From NCBI GenBank assembly GCA_963850305.1, contig CAWKKR010000008.1:1024001-1088000 (forward strand): a stretch of DNA of 64,000 nucleotides. The letters are read 5' to 3'. Below are positions 49,343 through 59,274 of the stretch, one piece after another. The number at the start of each line of letters is the position of its first letter. Positions within the stretch are counted from its first letter, which is position 1. The translations under genes and the position numbers were made by a program. The stretch is from an uncultured delta proteobacterium (GTDB lineage: Bacteria; Myxococcota_A; Polyangia; Polyangiales; Polyangiaceae). The notes below the pieces were generated by a model, which searched no databases, was not told the origin of the DNA, and saw only the letters and a program-made list of their open reading frames with translations.

Positions 49343-49921
49343 TCAACGCATGACGCGCAGCGTGACGTCGACGAGCGTCTCGATTGCGGCGCTGACGTCG
49401 GCGGAACTTCCCTCGGCGACGTGGACTGCACTCTCCACGAAAGCACCTGCGAGGCAGAAGAGCCGGAGTGGTTCGGGTACCGCACCTACGACGCCGGCAC
49501 GCTTGGCGGAGGTGCCAACCTCGGCAAGCCGGCGCACGAGTTCGGTGCGCACGAGGCGCCCCGGGTCTCCGCAAAGCAAGGCTATGAACGCCCCGCGGCG
49601 GCGCGAAGCTTCGAGAAGCCACGCTGACGCGAGCGCGCGCATTTGCTCGACGGGCGTGCGCGCGGACGCCACGCTCTGCGCGAGCAGCTCACGAACGGCG
49701 CCAAAGACCTCGTCGTGCGCGACGCGCTGCGCGGCTTCGATGTCCGAAAAGTGCTCGTAAAAGGCGTTCCGACCCACACCCGCCCGCTCGATCACGTGCC
49801 GAACCGTGAGCGAGTCGCCGTGGAGCGCCGACGCGTCCCGGAGTGCACTCCTCAAGCGATCGCGCTGGGAGGCACGCCGTTCGTCGGCGCTCTGACGACG
49901 GTCCCATCGTCCGCGAACCAT
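49343..49921 (-). CDS. TetR/AcrR family transcriptional regulator
   Basis: 'LTVRHVIERAGVGRNAFYEHF' HTH. Confidence 0.9.
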   Translation of the reverse strand: MVRGRWDRRQSADERRASQRDRLRSALRDASALHGDSLTVRHVIERAGVGRNAFYEHFSDIEAAQRVAHDEVFGAVRELLAQSVASARTPVEQMRALASAWLLEASRRRGAFIALLCGDPGRLVRTELVRRLAEVGTSAKRAGVVGAVPEPLRLFCLAGAFVESAVHVAEGSSADVSAAIETLVDVTLRVMR

Positions 49922-50342
49922 AAAGATGGATCTGTTTTTATCATCTCACTCACCTGACCGCCATCAAGGCCTGCTCGGTGAAACGGCTGGTGTAAAAGAA
50001 CCACTGAGTACCTTTCCGGGTACGGCTCTTCTGCGATAGTTGAAAAACTATATATATTCTGCTTTGTTAGAAGAGTACTGCAAAGTTTTCTAATGCTAAT
50101 GGGTCAAAGCCGAAAGATCCGGGCGGCGGACATCGTGGTTGTGGGGTGTCAGATGTTGCCGGTAGGCATCGAAAGTGAGGGGAATGCGGCTTCGATACGG
50201 TGCATGCGCAGGGACGCCAGGGAGCGTCGGCGTCTAAGTGGCGATGCATGGCTCGCACGACGCATTGTCGTTAGGGCTGCGAGTCGTGATTTTCGGGTTC
50301 GAAGGCCCTCCGCGGCGGCGGGTCGGTGGTAATAAGTGCGCC

Positions 50343-51449
50343 GTGACGCTGCGGTCGCATCTTGCCAGGGAGCTCGGCCAGCTCGAGGAGCGCGGGCTTC
50401 TCCGCTCTCGCGCTGTTCGACACGTGGATATTGGCCTGGTCGACGTCGCGAGTAACGACTACCTTGGTTATGCGCGGCGCATTGTTTCACGTGAAACGAT
50501 CGCCACGGTTGCTGGCGCCGGGGCGTCGCGCCTGATTCACGGCACCTGCCCCGAACATACGGCCCTAGAAGCGGATCTGGCTGCCTGGGTGGCTGCGGAA
50601 GGTTCACTGCTTTTCCCCACAGGGTACATGGCGAACGTCGGGGCCATTTCGGCGCTGGCGGGACCCGGCGACCTCATCGTTTCCGACCAGCTGAATCACG
50701 CATCTCTGATCGACGGTTGCCGGCTCTCCCGAGCGCGAACCGAGGTCGTCCCGCACCTCGACCTTAGAGCCTTTGCCGATGCCCTGCGGATCGCCGTTCC
50801 AGGCCGGCGCTGGGTCATCACCGAGAGCTACTTCAGCATGGACGGTGACTCGCCGGACCTGGCGGCGCTCCGCTCCATCGCGGACGAAGCAGACGCGGGG
50901 CTACTGGTCGACGAGGCTCACGCTCTGGGTGTTTTCGGTCCCCAGGGTGCTGGCCTCTGTCGCGAGCAGGGCATCGTGCCCGACGTCCTCGTCGGGACTC
51001 TGGGCAAGGCGGTTGGCGTCCAGGGAGCGTTCGTTGCGGGCTCCGGCATTCTTCTCGATTTTCTCTGGAACCGGGCGCGTCCCTTCGTTTTCACGACCGC
51101 ACCGAGCCCGACAATCACCGCCATCGCGCGCGAAAACGTCGCGCGAGTCCGAGTCGATGACGACGCTCGCTCGCGGCTGACAGAGCTTTGTGCACAGTTG
51201 CAGGTGGAGCTTCGCGACATGAATCTTGGTCGGCGCCGCCGCGGCCCCGTCTTTCCAATCATTCGCCGCACCCCGGGCCTCGCCCTCTGCGCCGCGGCAG
51301 TCCTACGCGACGCGGGCTTTCTCACCCAGGCGATTCGCCCGCCTACTGTGCCGGACGGCACTTCGCGACTCCGTATCGCCCTCCACGCTGATCTGCGCCC
51401 GGAGCAAGTCTCGCGCCTGGCCCTGGCGCTCAGGGCATGCGCGTCCTGA
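50343..51449 (+). CDS. bioF: 8-amino-7-oxononanoate synthase
   Basis: SNDYLG, GASRLI, TGYMAN, NHASLIDG, FSMDGD, DEAH, GTLGKA, IRPPTVP. Confidence 0.96.
   Translation: MTLRSHLARELGQLEERGLLRSRAVRHVDIGLVDVASNDYLGYARRIVSRETIATVAGAGASRLIHGTCPEHTALEADLAAWVAAEGSLLFPTGYMANVGAISALAGPGDLIVSDQLNHASLIDGCRLSRARTEVVPHLDLRAFADALRIAVPGRRWVITESYFSMDGDSPDLAALRSIADEADAGLLVDEAHALGVFGPQGAGLCREQGIVPDVLVGTLGKAVGVQGAFVAGSGILLDFLWNRARPFVFTTAPSPTITAIARENVARVRVDDDARSRLTELCAQLQVELRDMNLGRRRRGPVFPIIRRTPGLALCAAAVLRDAGFLTQAIRPPTVPDGTSRLRIALHADLRPEQVSRLALALRACAS
50483..50498. promoter_or_regulatory. parS: parS centromere-like site TGTTTCACGTGAAACG inside bioF
   Basis: 15/16 match to the widespread parS consensus TGTTTCACGTGAAACA; AT-rich codons unusual for this genome. 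Confidence 0.75.
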
Positions 51450-52168
51450 TCCTCGGGACAGGGACGGGTGTCGGTAAGACCTTCGTCACCGCCGCGCTGG
51501 CCAGGGCGCTTGCCGCCTCTCGGCCCGTCGACGTCATCGCCCTCAAGCCAATCGAGACAGGTTTCCCAAAAACTCACACGCCCGGCTCGGGCGGGTCCGT
51601 GGAACCTGCAACTGCGACGGACGCGGCGACGCTCGAAGCCGCCTCAACCCTCAAGCTGCAGCACCCACATCCCCGATATAGCTTCTTCGAGCCCATTTCA
51701 CCGCACCTTGCCGCTCGACGCGCTCGCTCGAGAATCTCGATTCGCAGCGTTGCTACCTGGCTCGCCGACGCAGAAAGGTTAGCACTACGTGGCGCTACAC
51801 TACCATTCTTTCTCGTAGAGACTGCCGGCGGCGTCTTTTCACCGCTTGGGCCTCGCCGGACCAATGCTGATCTCGCTCGCCGCCTGGAGCCGGCAATCTG
51901 GATCCTCGTCGCGCCGGACTCCCTCGGCGTTCTTCACGACGTTCGCGCCACCTGGTTAGCCCTGCAGGCGGTCGCACGAACACCTGACTACCTCGTTCTT
52001 TCGAGCGCCCGTGCCCCCGACGCCTCGACTGGCTCGAACGCCGCGGAACTGCCTCGCATCGGGTTGCCGCGCCCAATTGCTGCCCTGCCACGGGGCGACG
52101 CAGGCCTCGCACTCGCACCGCTGGTGCGGGCGCTGAACCAGCGGTGCTCGACGCTCCCCCGTCGCTAG
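51437..52168 (+). CDS. bioD: Dethiobiotin synthase
   Basis: GTGTGVGKT, KPIETG, PISPHLAA, VETAGG..SP. Confidence 0.93.
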   Translation: MRVLILGTGTGVGKTFVTAALARALAASRPVDVIALKPIETGFPKTHTPGSGGSVEPATATDAATLEAASTLKLQHPHPRYSFFEPISPHLAARRARSRISIRSVATWLADAERLALRGATLPFFLVETAGGVFSPLGPRRTNADLARRLEPAIWILVAPDSLGVLHDVRATWLALQAVARTPDYLVLSSARAPDASTGSNAAELPRIGLPRPIAALPRGDAGLALAPLVRALNQRCSTLPRR

Positions 52169-52257
52169 ACCCGGCGTCAGCGCTCTCAGCACCGGTAATC
52201 CGATGGGCTGCTCGAGCGAAAGCTTCCCTAGCCCACCCCGCGGTCGAACCTGAGGGG

Positions 52258-52920
52258 CTACCTCGCCCTCGATCCGGCAGCATCCAGGACGATTTTGCCC
52301 CGCTCGAGCCGCAATCGCCGCGCCTGGACCTCTTCGGAATAGCCGGCCAGGTGATTGACGATCACCACAATCGATCCGCGATCTCGTTCCGCACGAACCC
52401 AACAGGTGAACCGGGCCACGCTCTCGGCGTCCAGTCCCGTCAGTGGCTCGTCGAGCAGGATGAGAGACGGCGCGTGAACCACCGCTCGCGCGAGGGCCAC
52501 CCGTTGCCGCTGTCCGCGCGACAACGTCCCGACCGACTGGTCCGCGAATTCCGCGATGCCAAGGCTCCCCGCGACTCGCGAAAATCCTTCCTGGGGATCG
52601 ATTCCCCGGAGGCTTGCGGCGAGCGCGATGTTCTCGCGCGCCGTCAGATCCCGATACGTGTGGGACTCGTGCCCGAGCCACCCGAGCTCACGGCGAACCC
52701 CGTCTGGATCGGGTTCCGGGAGCCCGTATGCCACTGCACCCGCCGTCGGCGCCAGGCTGCCTCCGAGAACGGCGAGAAGGGTGGATTTGCCGGCGCCATT
52801 CGGCCCTTCGACGGACGTAAGCGTTCCGCGCGCGAACCGCGTCGTAACGCCGCGGAGGACGGCACGCCCGCCAAACAGCCGCGTGACACCGCGCACATCC
52901 ACGAACTCCATCGAGGGCAC
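52258..52920 (-). CDS. ccmA: ABC ATPase, heme exporter CcmA-like
   Basis: GPNGAGKST, 'LGWLGH...Y.DLTAREN', LSRGQ, LLDEP.TGLD. Confidence 0.75.
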   Translation of the reverse strand: MPSMEFVDVRGVTRLFGGRAVLRGVTTRFARGTLTSVEGPNGAGKSTLLAVLGGSLAPTAGAVAYGLPEPDPDGVRRELGWLGHESHTYRDLTARENIALAASLRGIDPQEGFSRVAGSLGIAEFADQSVGTLSRGQRQRVALARAVVHAPSLILLDEPLTGLDAESVARFTCWVRAERDRGSIVVIVNHLAGYSEEVQARRLRLERGKIVLDAAGSRAR

Positions 52921-53014
52921 CCGCTCAAGCTATTACCGCGACCCGCCCCAACGACCAAGGCCCTGCAATTTCCGGCGAAATTGCCCCTCATTCGCCATGC
53001 TACCATCCGGCTTG

Positions 53015-53980
53015 ATGTCCTCGCCGGCCGTCGTCCTCGACTCCTCGCGACTCGAAAAGTTGACCGATCTCCGTCGGGCCGTCGAGATCGCGCTCGAGGG
53101 AAAGCCCGAAGCCGTCGAGCTCGCGCTCATCGCTTTGCTTGGCCATGGCCACGTCCTCATCGAAGACGTCCCCGGCGTCGGAAAGACCACTCTCGCGCGC
53201 GCGCTCGCCAAGGCCATCGGCGGACAGATGCGCCGCGTCCAGTTCACGAGCGACCTGCTGCCCAGCGATGTTCTCGGCGTCTCCATCTACGACCAGCGCC
53301 TCTCGGACTTCGTTCTCCGGAAAGGGCCGATTTTTAGCAACGTGCTCCTCGCGGACGAGATCAACAGAGCGAGTCCGCGAACCCAGTCGGCGCTCCTCGA
53401 GGCGATGAACGACGGTCAGGTTTCGCTCGACGGAAAGACCTTGCCACTACCCGACCCGTTCTTCGTGATCGCGACGCAGAACCCTCAGGACTTTGCCGGC
53501 ACGTTTCCGTTACCCGAGTCCCAGCTCGATCGTTTCATGGTGCGAATCAGCATCGGATACCCCCCCACTCACGTCGAGACGCGGTTGCTCCTCGGGACGG
53601 AGACCGATCGCGTCAATCGCGTGCCGATCGTGCTGGATCCAGAGACGCTGCTCGACCTCCAGGCGGACGTCGATCGCGTCACCTTCGACGCTGCGCTCGC
53701 CACTTACCTCCACGCCATCGTCGTCGCGACCCGCTCCACACCAACGCTCGCGCTCGGCGCCTCCACCCGCGCCGGAATGAATCTGTCTCGGGCCGCGCGC
53801 GCTCGTGCCCTGTTGCGAGGCCGTCACTATGCCATCGCCGATGACGTCCACGCCCTCACGGTACCCCTGCTCGCGCACCGCGTCCGACTCGCCGCCCACG
53901 CCGAAGGGTACGTGCCGAGTCGGGATGAATCCGAAGCCGCGGTTCGCGACGCCGTCGCCCGCGTTCCCGTTCCGCTCTGA
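53015..53980 (+). CDS. moxR: MoxR-family AAA+ ATPase
   Basis: EDVPGVGKT, RVQFTSDLLPSD, DEINR, ATQNP, LPESQLDRF. Confidence 0.96.
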   Translation: MSSPAVVLDSSRLEKLTDLRRAVEIALEGKPEAVELALIALLGHGHVLIEDVPGVGKTTLARALAKAIGGQMRRVQFTSDLLPSDVLGVSIYDQRLSDFVLRKGPIFSNVLLADEINRASPRTQSALLEAMNDGQVSLDGKTLPLPDPFFVIATQNPQDFAGTFPLPESQLDRFMVRISIGYPPTHVETRLLLGTETDRVNRVPIVLDPETLLDLQADVDRVTFDAALATYLHAIVVATRSTPTLALGASTRAGMNLSRAARARALLRGRHYAIADDVHALTVPLLAHRVRLAAHAEGYVPSRDESEAAVRDAVARVPVPL

Positions 53981-53985
53981 CCCCA

Positions 53986-55110
53986 ATGAAGAGCCCACAA
54001 CGGATGTTCCCCGATCCGCGCACATCCCAGGCCGAACCGGAGCCGCCGCGGTCGCGAACCAAGCGGGCCATCGATCGTCTTAGGCGCGCATTTCGATTGC
54101 CGCGCAAATTGAAGATCACGCGCGAAGGGAAATTTTTCATCCTGCTCGCGCTGGGCGTTGGGTTCGCGGCGGTAAACACCGGCAACAATCTTCTTTACCT
54201 TCTCCTCGGGATGTTGCTCGCGCTCATCGTCGTGTCGAGCATCATGAGCGAGCTCAGTCTCCGGAATCTCACGGTCGTCCGACGTTTGCCGGCGAGGGCG
54301 CAGGTTGCGCGACCGCACCTCGTCGAAATTGAGGTCCACAACCACAAGAAACGAATCCCGAGCTACGCGATCGAAATCGAGGATTTGCGCGCGGGCCAGC
54401 CGGCGGACAAGCGCTGCTTCTTTCTCAAGATTAGCCCGGACTCGGCGCAGGTCGCGGCGTACCGACGGACCCCGATGAAGCGCGGGCGGGATCGTCACGT
54501 CGGCTTCCGTGTGGCCACTCGATTTCCGTTCGGTCTGTTCGAAAAGTCGCGCGAGATTCCCTCGGAGGGAGAGCTCATCATCTATCCGGCGATCGACCCC
54601 GTGAAACTTCCACCTGAGCAACCGGGCTCGCGAATGGGAACCCACGGGTCACCGGGACGTGGCGTCGGCGACGAAATTCTGGGGCTCCGTCCGATGCGCG
54701 ATGGCGACGATCCGCGCGACGTGTACTGGCGAAAGAGCACGCTCGATGGACAGCTCGTGCTGCGGGAGCGCGCGCACGAAACTCACCGGCAGGTGACGCT
54801 CGTCCTCGAGTCCACATTTACCGACGCGCGACCCGACGACGCCTGGCTCGGTCGATTCGAGCGTCGAGTCCGCGATGCCGCGTCGCGCGCCGTTGCTCAT
54901 TTACGGCGCGGAGACGGAGTAACGCTCCTGACGACCGCAGGTGAACGTGTGCGCGCCGATCGTTCGGTCGGCGCCGACCCCGTGCTTCGGTTACTTGCGC
55001 TTCTCGCTCCCAGCCCCGTCGCGTCGCGCCCGAACGCAGGAACGAACAACCGAGCGTCGCGGCCGAAGATTTCGAACCCACGCAAGGCGGTCGCACGCCG
55101 AGAGCAATGA
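53986..55110 (+). CDS. DUF58 domain membrane protein
   Basis: NTGNNLLYL, FPFGLF, 'LRP...GDDPR.V.W..S'. Confidence 0.93.
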   Translation: MKSPQRMFPDPRTSQAEPEPPRSRTKRAIDRLRRAFRLPRKLKITREGKFFILLALGVGFAAVNTGNNLLYLLLGMLLALIVVSSIMSELSLRNLTVVRRLPARAQVARPHLVEIEVHNHKKRIPSYAIEIEDLRAGQPADKRCFFLKISPDSAQVAAYRRTPMKRGRDRHVGFRVATRFPFGLFEKSREIPSEGELIIYPAIDPVKLPPEQPGSRMGTHGSPGRGVGDEILGLRPMRDGDDPRDVYWRKSTLDGQLVLRERAHETHRQVTLVLESTFTDARPDDAWLGRFERRVRDAASRAVAHLRRGDGVTLLTTAGERVRADRSVGADPVLRLLALLAPSPVASRPNAGTNNRASRPKISNPRKAVARREQ

Positions 55111-57254
55111 AGTTCGGCGCCATTCACCGGATCATGACCGACGCGCTGGCGGCGCTCGGGCTTCTGTCGCTCGTGACCAGCGGGGAACTCGACCCGTGGA
55201 TGACTGCGATCATCGTGGTCGGGCTCATCGGCGCCGTCTTCGTTCCGGAGCGGCTGCAAGTGCGACCACGATTCGCGACGCTCGGCGGCGCGGTCTCCTT
55301 GGTATTGCTCGGCGTACAAGGGGTGCGCTTCTTCCTGGGAGCAGACGTCCTGCCCCTCGTGGTCGAGTTCGCTGCCGCACTTCAGGTTATCCGGCTCGCG
55401 ACGCGGCGCGGGGCCGCACACGATCAGCAGATCATCTTGCTCGCGCTCGTACACCTGGTTGCGGGCACCGTTCTCGGCAGCGGACTCGCCTATGGCCTCT
55501 GCTTTTTCGGATTCCTGGTCGTCGCCCCGGGCGCTCTCGTCTTGAGTCATTTACGGCGTGAGGTGGAGGGGAACTATCGCCAGGGTGCGCGCGATCGAAC
55601 GGGCTTGCCGGTGGACGTGCCGCGCATCCTTCGAAGCCGGCGCGTCATCAGCAAGCGATTTCTCGTCGCGACGTGTTCGCTGTCGCTCCCCATTTTCGTT
55701 TTCACAGTTCTCCTGTTCGTTCTGTTTCCGCGCGTCGGACTTTCGCTGATGCTCCTCGGCCATTCGCACTCGACGCGCATGATCGGCTTTTCGGATCGCG
55801 TCGACCTCGGCGGCGTGGGGCGGCTTCGTTCCGACCCGACCATCGCACTCCGCGTGCAGCCTTCCAATCTGCCCGCGAATCCCCCGCTCCGGCTGCCACT
55901 TTATCTGCGCGGCACCGCTTTCGATCACTACGACGGCACCGCCTGGTCGCGGACGCGCTCGGGGCGCCTTCCTGTGGTCCAGCAGGGCTCTTACGTCACG
56001 CTGCACCCTTATTCCGCGCCGACGTCGGCCACCACATTGCACGTCGACCTGGAACCGATCTCACCTCCAGTCGTCCTCGTCCCTCCCGGCGCCGTGGCGA
56101 TCCGGTTGCTCTCACGCGGCGAACCCTTGCTGGGCCGAACGACGCCCATCTTCGTTTCGCCGGAGGACGAATTCAAATACTCCGGTGACGATCGCGGTCT
56201 CCGCTACGACGTCATCACGAAGGGTCCTGCGCCGATCCCACCGGAACGGCTCGGGCCCGCTGACCGTGCGCGCTACCTCACCCTTCCGCATCAGCTTCCG
56301 GCTCGTGTCGCTGCCCTGGCGCGGCGCTGGGTTCTCGGCACCCATTCTGATCGGGAAGCCGCGCAGATAATCCAGCGTCACCTCAAGACCGAGTATCGAT
56401 ACGATCTCAACTCGCCATCGGGGGCGTCGAAGAATCCGCTCGATGACTTTCTGTTCGAATCGAAGCGTGGCCACTGCGAATTCTATTCGACGGCCATGGC
56501 CGTCCTGCTTCGCGTCGTCGGCGTTCCCACACGGAACGTGACGGGGTTCGTCGGCGGAACGTATAACCGCTTCGGTCATTTCTATGCGGTCCGTGAGGGC
56601 GACGCGCATTCATGGGTGGAGGTCTACCTGCATGGAGCAGGCTGGGTGATGTTCGACCCGACCCCGGCGGTGGGCGCCGTGCCGGAGACGGCAACAACGG
56701 GATTGTTGGCGCTGCTCCGGGACCTCGCGGAGGCTGCTGCGCAGCGATGGAGCCGTTACGTGATCGGTTACGATCTCGAGCAACAGCTGCGCCTGCTCCG
56801 GTGGGTCGCCTTTCACTACGGCTCGGGGATGACCGGCTGGTCTGCGATCCGTCATGCCGAGCGGAGCGCCGTGCTCGTTGGTTGCTGTCTTCTCGGGTGC
56901 GGCATCGTCGGTTACTGGTGGTTCGTCCGCCGACGGCGTCGAGCACCGGGGCCACCTGGCGAGACACTCGATAGCCCGAACGCATCGCACATCGTCGGAC
57001 TCTACAAAAGCCTCGAGGCGGCGATGGCAGCGCGCGGAGTGCCCCGGTTTCCAAGCACGCCGCCTCTCGCGCACGCACAGGCATTACTCGCCGTGGAACA
57101 TCCGATTGCGGATGACGTTCTCGAACTGACACAGCACTATCTCGAGGTTCGCTTTGCTGGACGCGCGTTGACGGAGGGCGATCGACGAGACTTTGCGCGC
57201 AGGGTGCGCGAAGTCAGCGTCGGAAGCGACGGGACCTCAGCGGCAGTAACCTGA
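55107..57254 (+). CDS. Transglutaminase TgpA-family membrane protein (DUF3488, TGc, DUF4129)
   Basis: N-terminal TM bundle; GHCEFY, DAHSWVE, FDPT (Cys-His-Asp triad). Confidence 0.93.
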   Translation: MKFGAIHRIMTDALAALGLLSLVTSGELDPWMTAIIVVGLIGAVFVPERLQVRPRFATLGGAVSLVLLGVQGVRFFLGADVLPLVVEFAAALQVIRLATRRGAAHDQQIILLALVHLVAGTVLGSGLAYGLCFFGFLVVAPGALVLSHLRREVEGNYRQGARDRTGLPVDVPRILRSRRVISKRFLVATCSLSLPIFVFTVLLFVLFPRVGLSLMLLGHSHSTRMIGFSDRVDLGGVGRLRSDPTIALRVQPSNLPANPPLRLPLYLRGTAFDHYDGTAWSRTRSGRLPVVQQGSYVTLHPYSAPTSATTLHVDLEPISPPVVLVPPGAVAIRLLSRGEPLLGRTTPIFVSPEDEFKYSGDDRGLRYDVITKGPAPIPPERLGPADRARYLTLPHQLPARVAALARRWVLGTHSDREAAQIIQRHLKTEYRYDLNSPSGASKNPLDDFLFESKRGHCEFYSTAMAVLLRVVGVPTRNVTGFVGGTYNRFGHFYAVREGDAHSWVEVYLHGAGWVMFDPTPAVGAVPETATTGLLALLRDLAEAAAQRWSRYVIGYDLEQQLRLLRWVAFHYGSGMTGWSAIRHAERSAVLVGCCLLGCGIVGYWWFVRRRRRAPGPPGETLDSPNASHIVGLYKSLEAAMAARGVPRFPSTPPLAHAQALLAVEHPIADDVLELTQHYLEVRFAGRALTEGDRRDFARRVREVSVGSDGTSAAVT

Positions 57255-57280
57255 GCGACCGCAACAGGTACCGCTACGAG

Positions 57281-57754
57281 TCAACCCCGTGCCAACCGAA
57301 GTACGATGTCGCCACCGGCGCGCTGCGCAACACCGTAATAGGCCCCGTTTGCGGGCCGCGCTTCGAGGCCGTCGAAATCTAGCGTCGGGGCGCCCTGTTC
57401 CACCCATGCGACGACAACGGAATCAGCGGCGGCCGATCCTTCCGCCGGCAATTGAAGAAAGCGAACGTCGACGCCGTTTCTGAGCTCTTCCGCGGTGATC
57501 GCGCGCTGAGCCGACGCCAGGGGCTCCGCGAACTCTCGTGGATGGTCTTTCCCATCCAGCTTGTCGCGCCGGTAGGACTGCACGATGAGGCGCAGATCCC
57601 CCTCTCCAAGGTCATCTGCTATCGAGACCCGCGTGCGCACTTGACGCACTTCCCTCACTCCGAGCGTGGTGGCCGCAACCAGAGAAATCCACGACGCGCT
57701 GCGGGCGGCGGTTGCCGTCATCCGCTGCCGTCGGGAAAGCTTTGCTGCAGTCAT
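57281..57754 (-). CDS. Hypothetical protein (start 57754 or 57721)
   Basis: Protein-like ORF 'LRLIVQSY...PLASAQRAITAEEL..GVDV...VVAWVE'. Confidence 0.7.
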   Translation of the reverse strand: MTAAKLSRRQRMTATAARSASWISLVAATTLGVREVRQVRTRVSIADDLGEGDLRLIVQSYRRDKLDGKDHPREFAEPLASAQRAITAEELRNGVDVRFLQLPAEGSAAADSVVVAWVEQGAPTLDFDGLEARPANGAYYGVAQRAGGDIVLRLARG

Positions 57755-57771
57755 GCGCCAGCAGGGAGCAT

Positions 57772-57789
57772 AAGCACGTCCCATGCCAA
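57772..57789 (-). promoter_or_regulatory. Putative sigma54 promoter TTGGCATGGGACGTGCTT
   Basis: GG-N10-GC spacing with TGGCATG and TGCT boxes, directly upstream of the ORF. Confidence 0.5.
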
Positions 57790-57864
57790 CGCAACGACGG
57801 GCATAACGGCTTTGCTCCTCGAACGCGGCATGGACCTGGAGCTAACGGACGTTCTTACATCTAC

Positions 57865-59274
57865 TTACCGCTGGAGCAGGACACGATTTGCCCATTTTTC
57901 GGCGTCCCCGCAGGTTCCGGCAGAAGCGTCGCCGGACGGTCGTCGCGTGTAGGGGCCGGCCACGACGGCGATGTCGCGCCCTCGTCGCTGCACGAAAATC
58001 GGACCGACTGTCGCTCGATCGACACACCGTGACGCCAGGGTGGCAGCGCCGGGCCCGGCTGCGGACTGCGTGACAACGCCGCGCGCCAGCGCCCGTTCGC
58101 CGCGCACTGCCGCGCCATCCGTGTCATAGCGAAGATGCCAGCCCACCGCGATCCGTTCGGCGCCACGGTCGCCCGCGACAGGTTCGCGAAAAACCGCGAC
58201 TCGATCGCCGCCCCAGTCGCTGGCAGCTTCGACGGCTGTCTTCCGCGGCACCCACTCCTCGAGCAGCAGTTCGACGGACTCCTCGCCGAAAACGTCCGTG
58301 TAGCATGGCTTCGTAAAGCCTTCCGGCGCCACGGGAACCGGCACGACGACAGGTGACTCCCTAGCCAGGTACTTCTCCGGATGCAGAAGCTGCTCCGTGC
58401 TCACCGGAGGGCTGCGCCACGCCGCATCCACCGCGGCCCATCCGCCGCGGCGCCGCAACCAGTGGACGAATTCGATCCCGTCAACGTAAGGCGCGACGAG
58501 CGACCGCTTCAGGATTCCGGGAACGTCAGCGAGGTTCGTAAATTGAGCCGCTGCACGCACCTGAATACCGAGCAGCGTATCGGACAGGTCCGTCGCCTTC
58601 GCGCCCTTCGGCGCGAGCATCTGGTCCAGCATGGCGCTCGTGGCATCGCCCTCCGCGAGCGCGTGCAGCGCGCTCTGCGCATCGGACTCGTCGGCCCGAT
58701 AGTCGAGTGCCTTGCCGAGATCGTAGTGCTGGTCTTGAAGGGCATGTACCAGCTCGTGCGCAAGCGTCGCCGCGCGGTCGGACGGACTGAGATCCGCCGA
58801 GAGGTACATGGTCTTGTCAGCGGGTTCGTAATAGCCAGCGAGTTCGGCGGACATGAGTGACACCATGGCCTTCATGTAGTCGAAGCTCGGTGGCGCGACG
58901 CCTAACGCGATGAGCATCTCACCCTCGTCGCGCAGGACGGCGGGCGGAACCTCGCGCTGGATCGTCGCCGTGACGTGCTCGGCCATCTCGGTGCGTGAAA
59001 GCTCGACGCCACGAACGGGCGCTGTGGCCGCTAGCTGCCGGACGCGGCTCGCCTCTGTCAGCGCCGACCCCACCACGGACTCCGCGCTCTCGGTTCCTGA
59101 CTTCACCGCAGGGGCAGCGCTCGGCGACGGCGGTGAGGCAGGCGCGAATGCTTGGGACGGAGCAGCCACGGGCGCCGAGCGAGCCGGGCGAGGCGATCCG
59201 CATCCGCCCACGCCCGCGGTCAGAGCAACCCACACTCCCGCGACGGAAACTCGGACGAACGCCGAAAACGTCAC
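57865..59274 (-). CDS. Zincin-like metallopeptidase lipoprotein
   Basis: GTGA overlap with rpe; lipobox GGC; AGYY, HELVHALQDQH, EGDA, PP.STEQ.LHP. Confidence 0.85.
   Translation of the reverse strand: MTFSAFVRVSVAGVWVALTAGVGGCGSPRPARSAPVAAPSQAFAPASPPSPSAAPAVKSGTESAESVVGSALTEASRVRQLAATAPVRGVELSRTEMAEHVTATIQREVPPAVLRDEGEMLIALGVAPPSFDYMKAMVSLMSAELAGYYEPADKTMYLSADLSPSDRAATLAHELVHALQDQHYDLGKALDYRADESDAQSALHALAEGDATSAMLDQMLAPKGAKATDLSDTLLGIQVRAAAQFTNLADVPGILKRSLVAPYVDGIEFVHWLRRRGGWAAVDAAWRSPPVSTEQLLHPEKYLARESPVVVPVPVAPEGFTKPCYTDVFGEESVELLLEEWVPRKTAVEAASDWGGDRVAVFREPVAGDRGAERIAVGWHLRYDTDGAAVRGERALARGVVTQSAAGPGAATLASRCVDRATVGPIFVQRRGRDIAVVAGPYTRRPSGDASAGTCGDAEKWANRVLLQR

Noticed and set aside
50085..50135. 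c-di-GMP-I riboswitch (GCAAA...GAAA-like words)
   Set aside because: The required P1-P3 pairing and motif order are not present
50290..50315. tRNA T-arm-like GGGTTCGAAGGCCC
   Set aside because: No acceptor stem, D-arm or anticodon arm could be built
53015..57254. MoxR-DUF58-transglutaminase operon as a novel system
   Set aside because: A well-known, widespread gene triad
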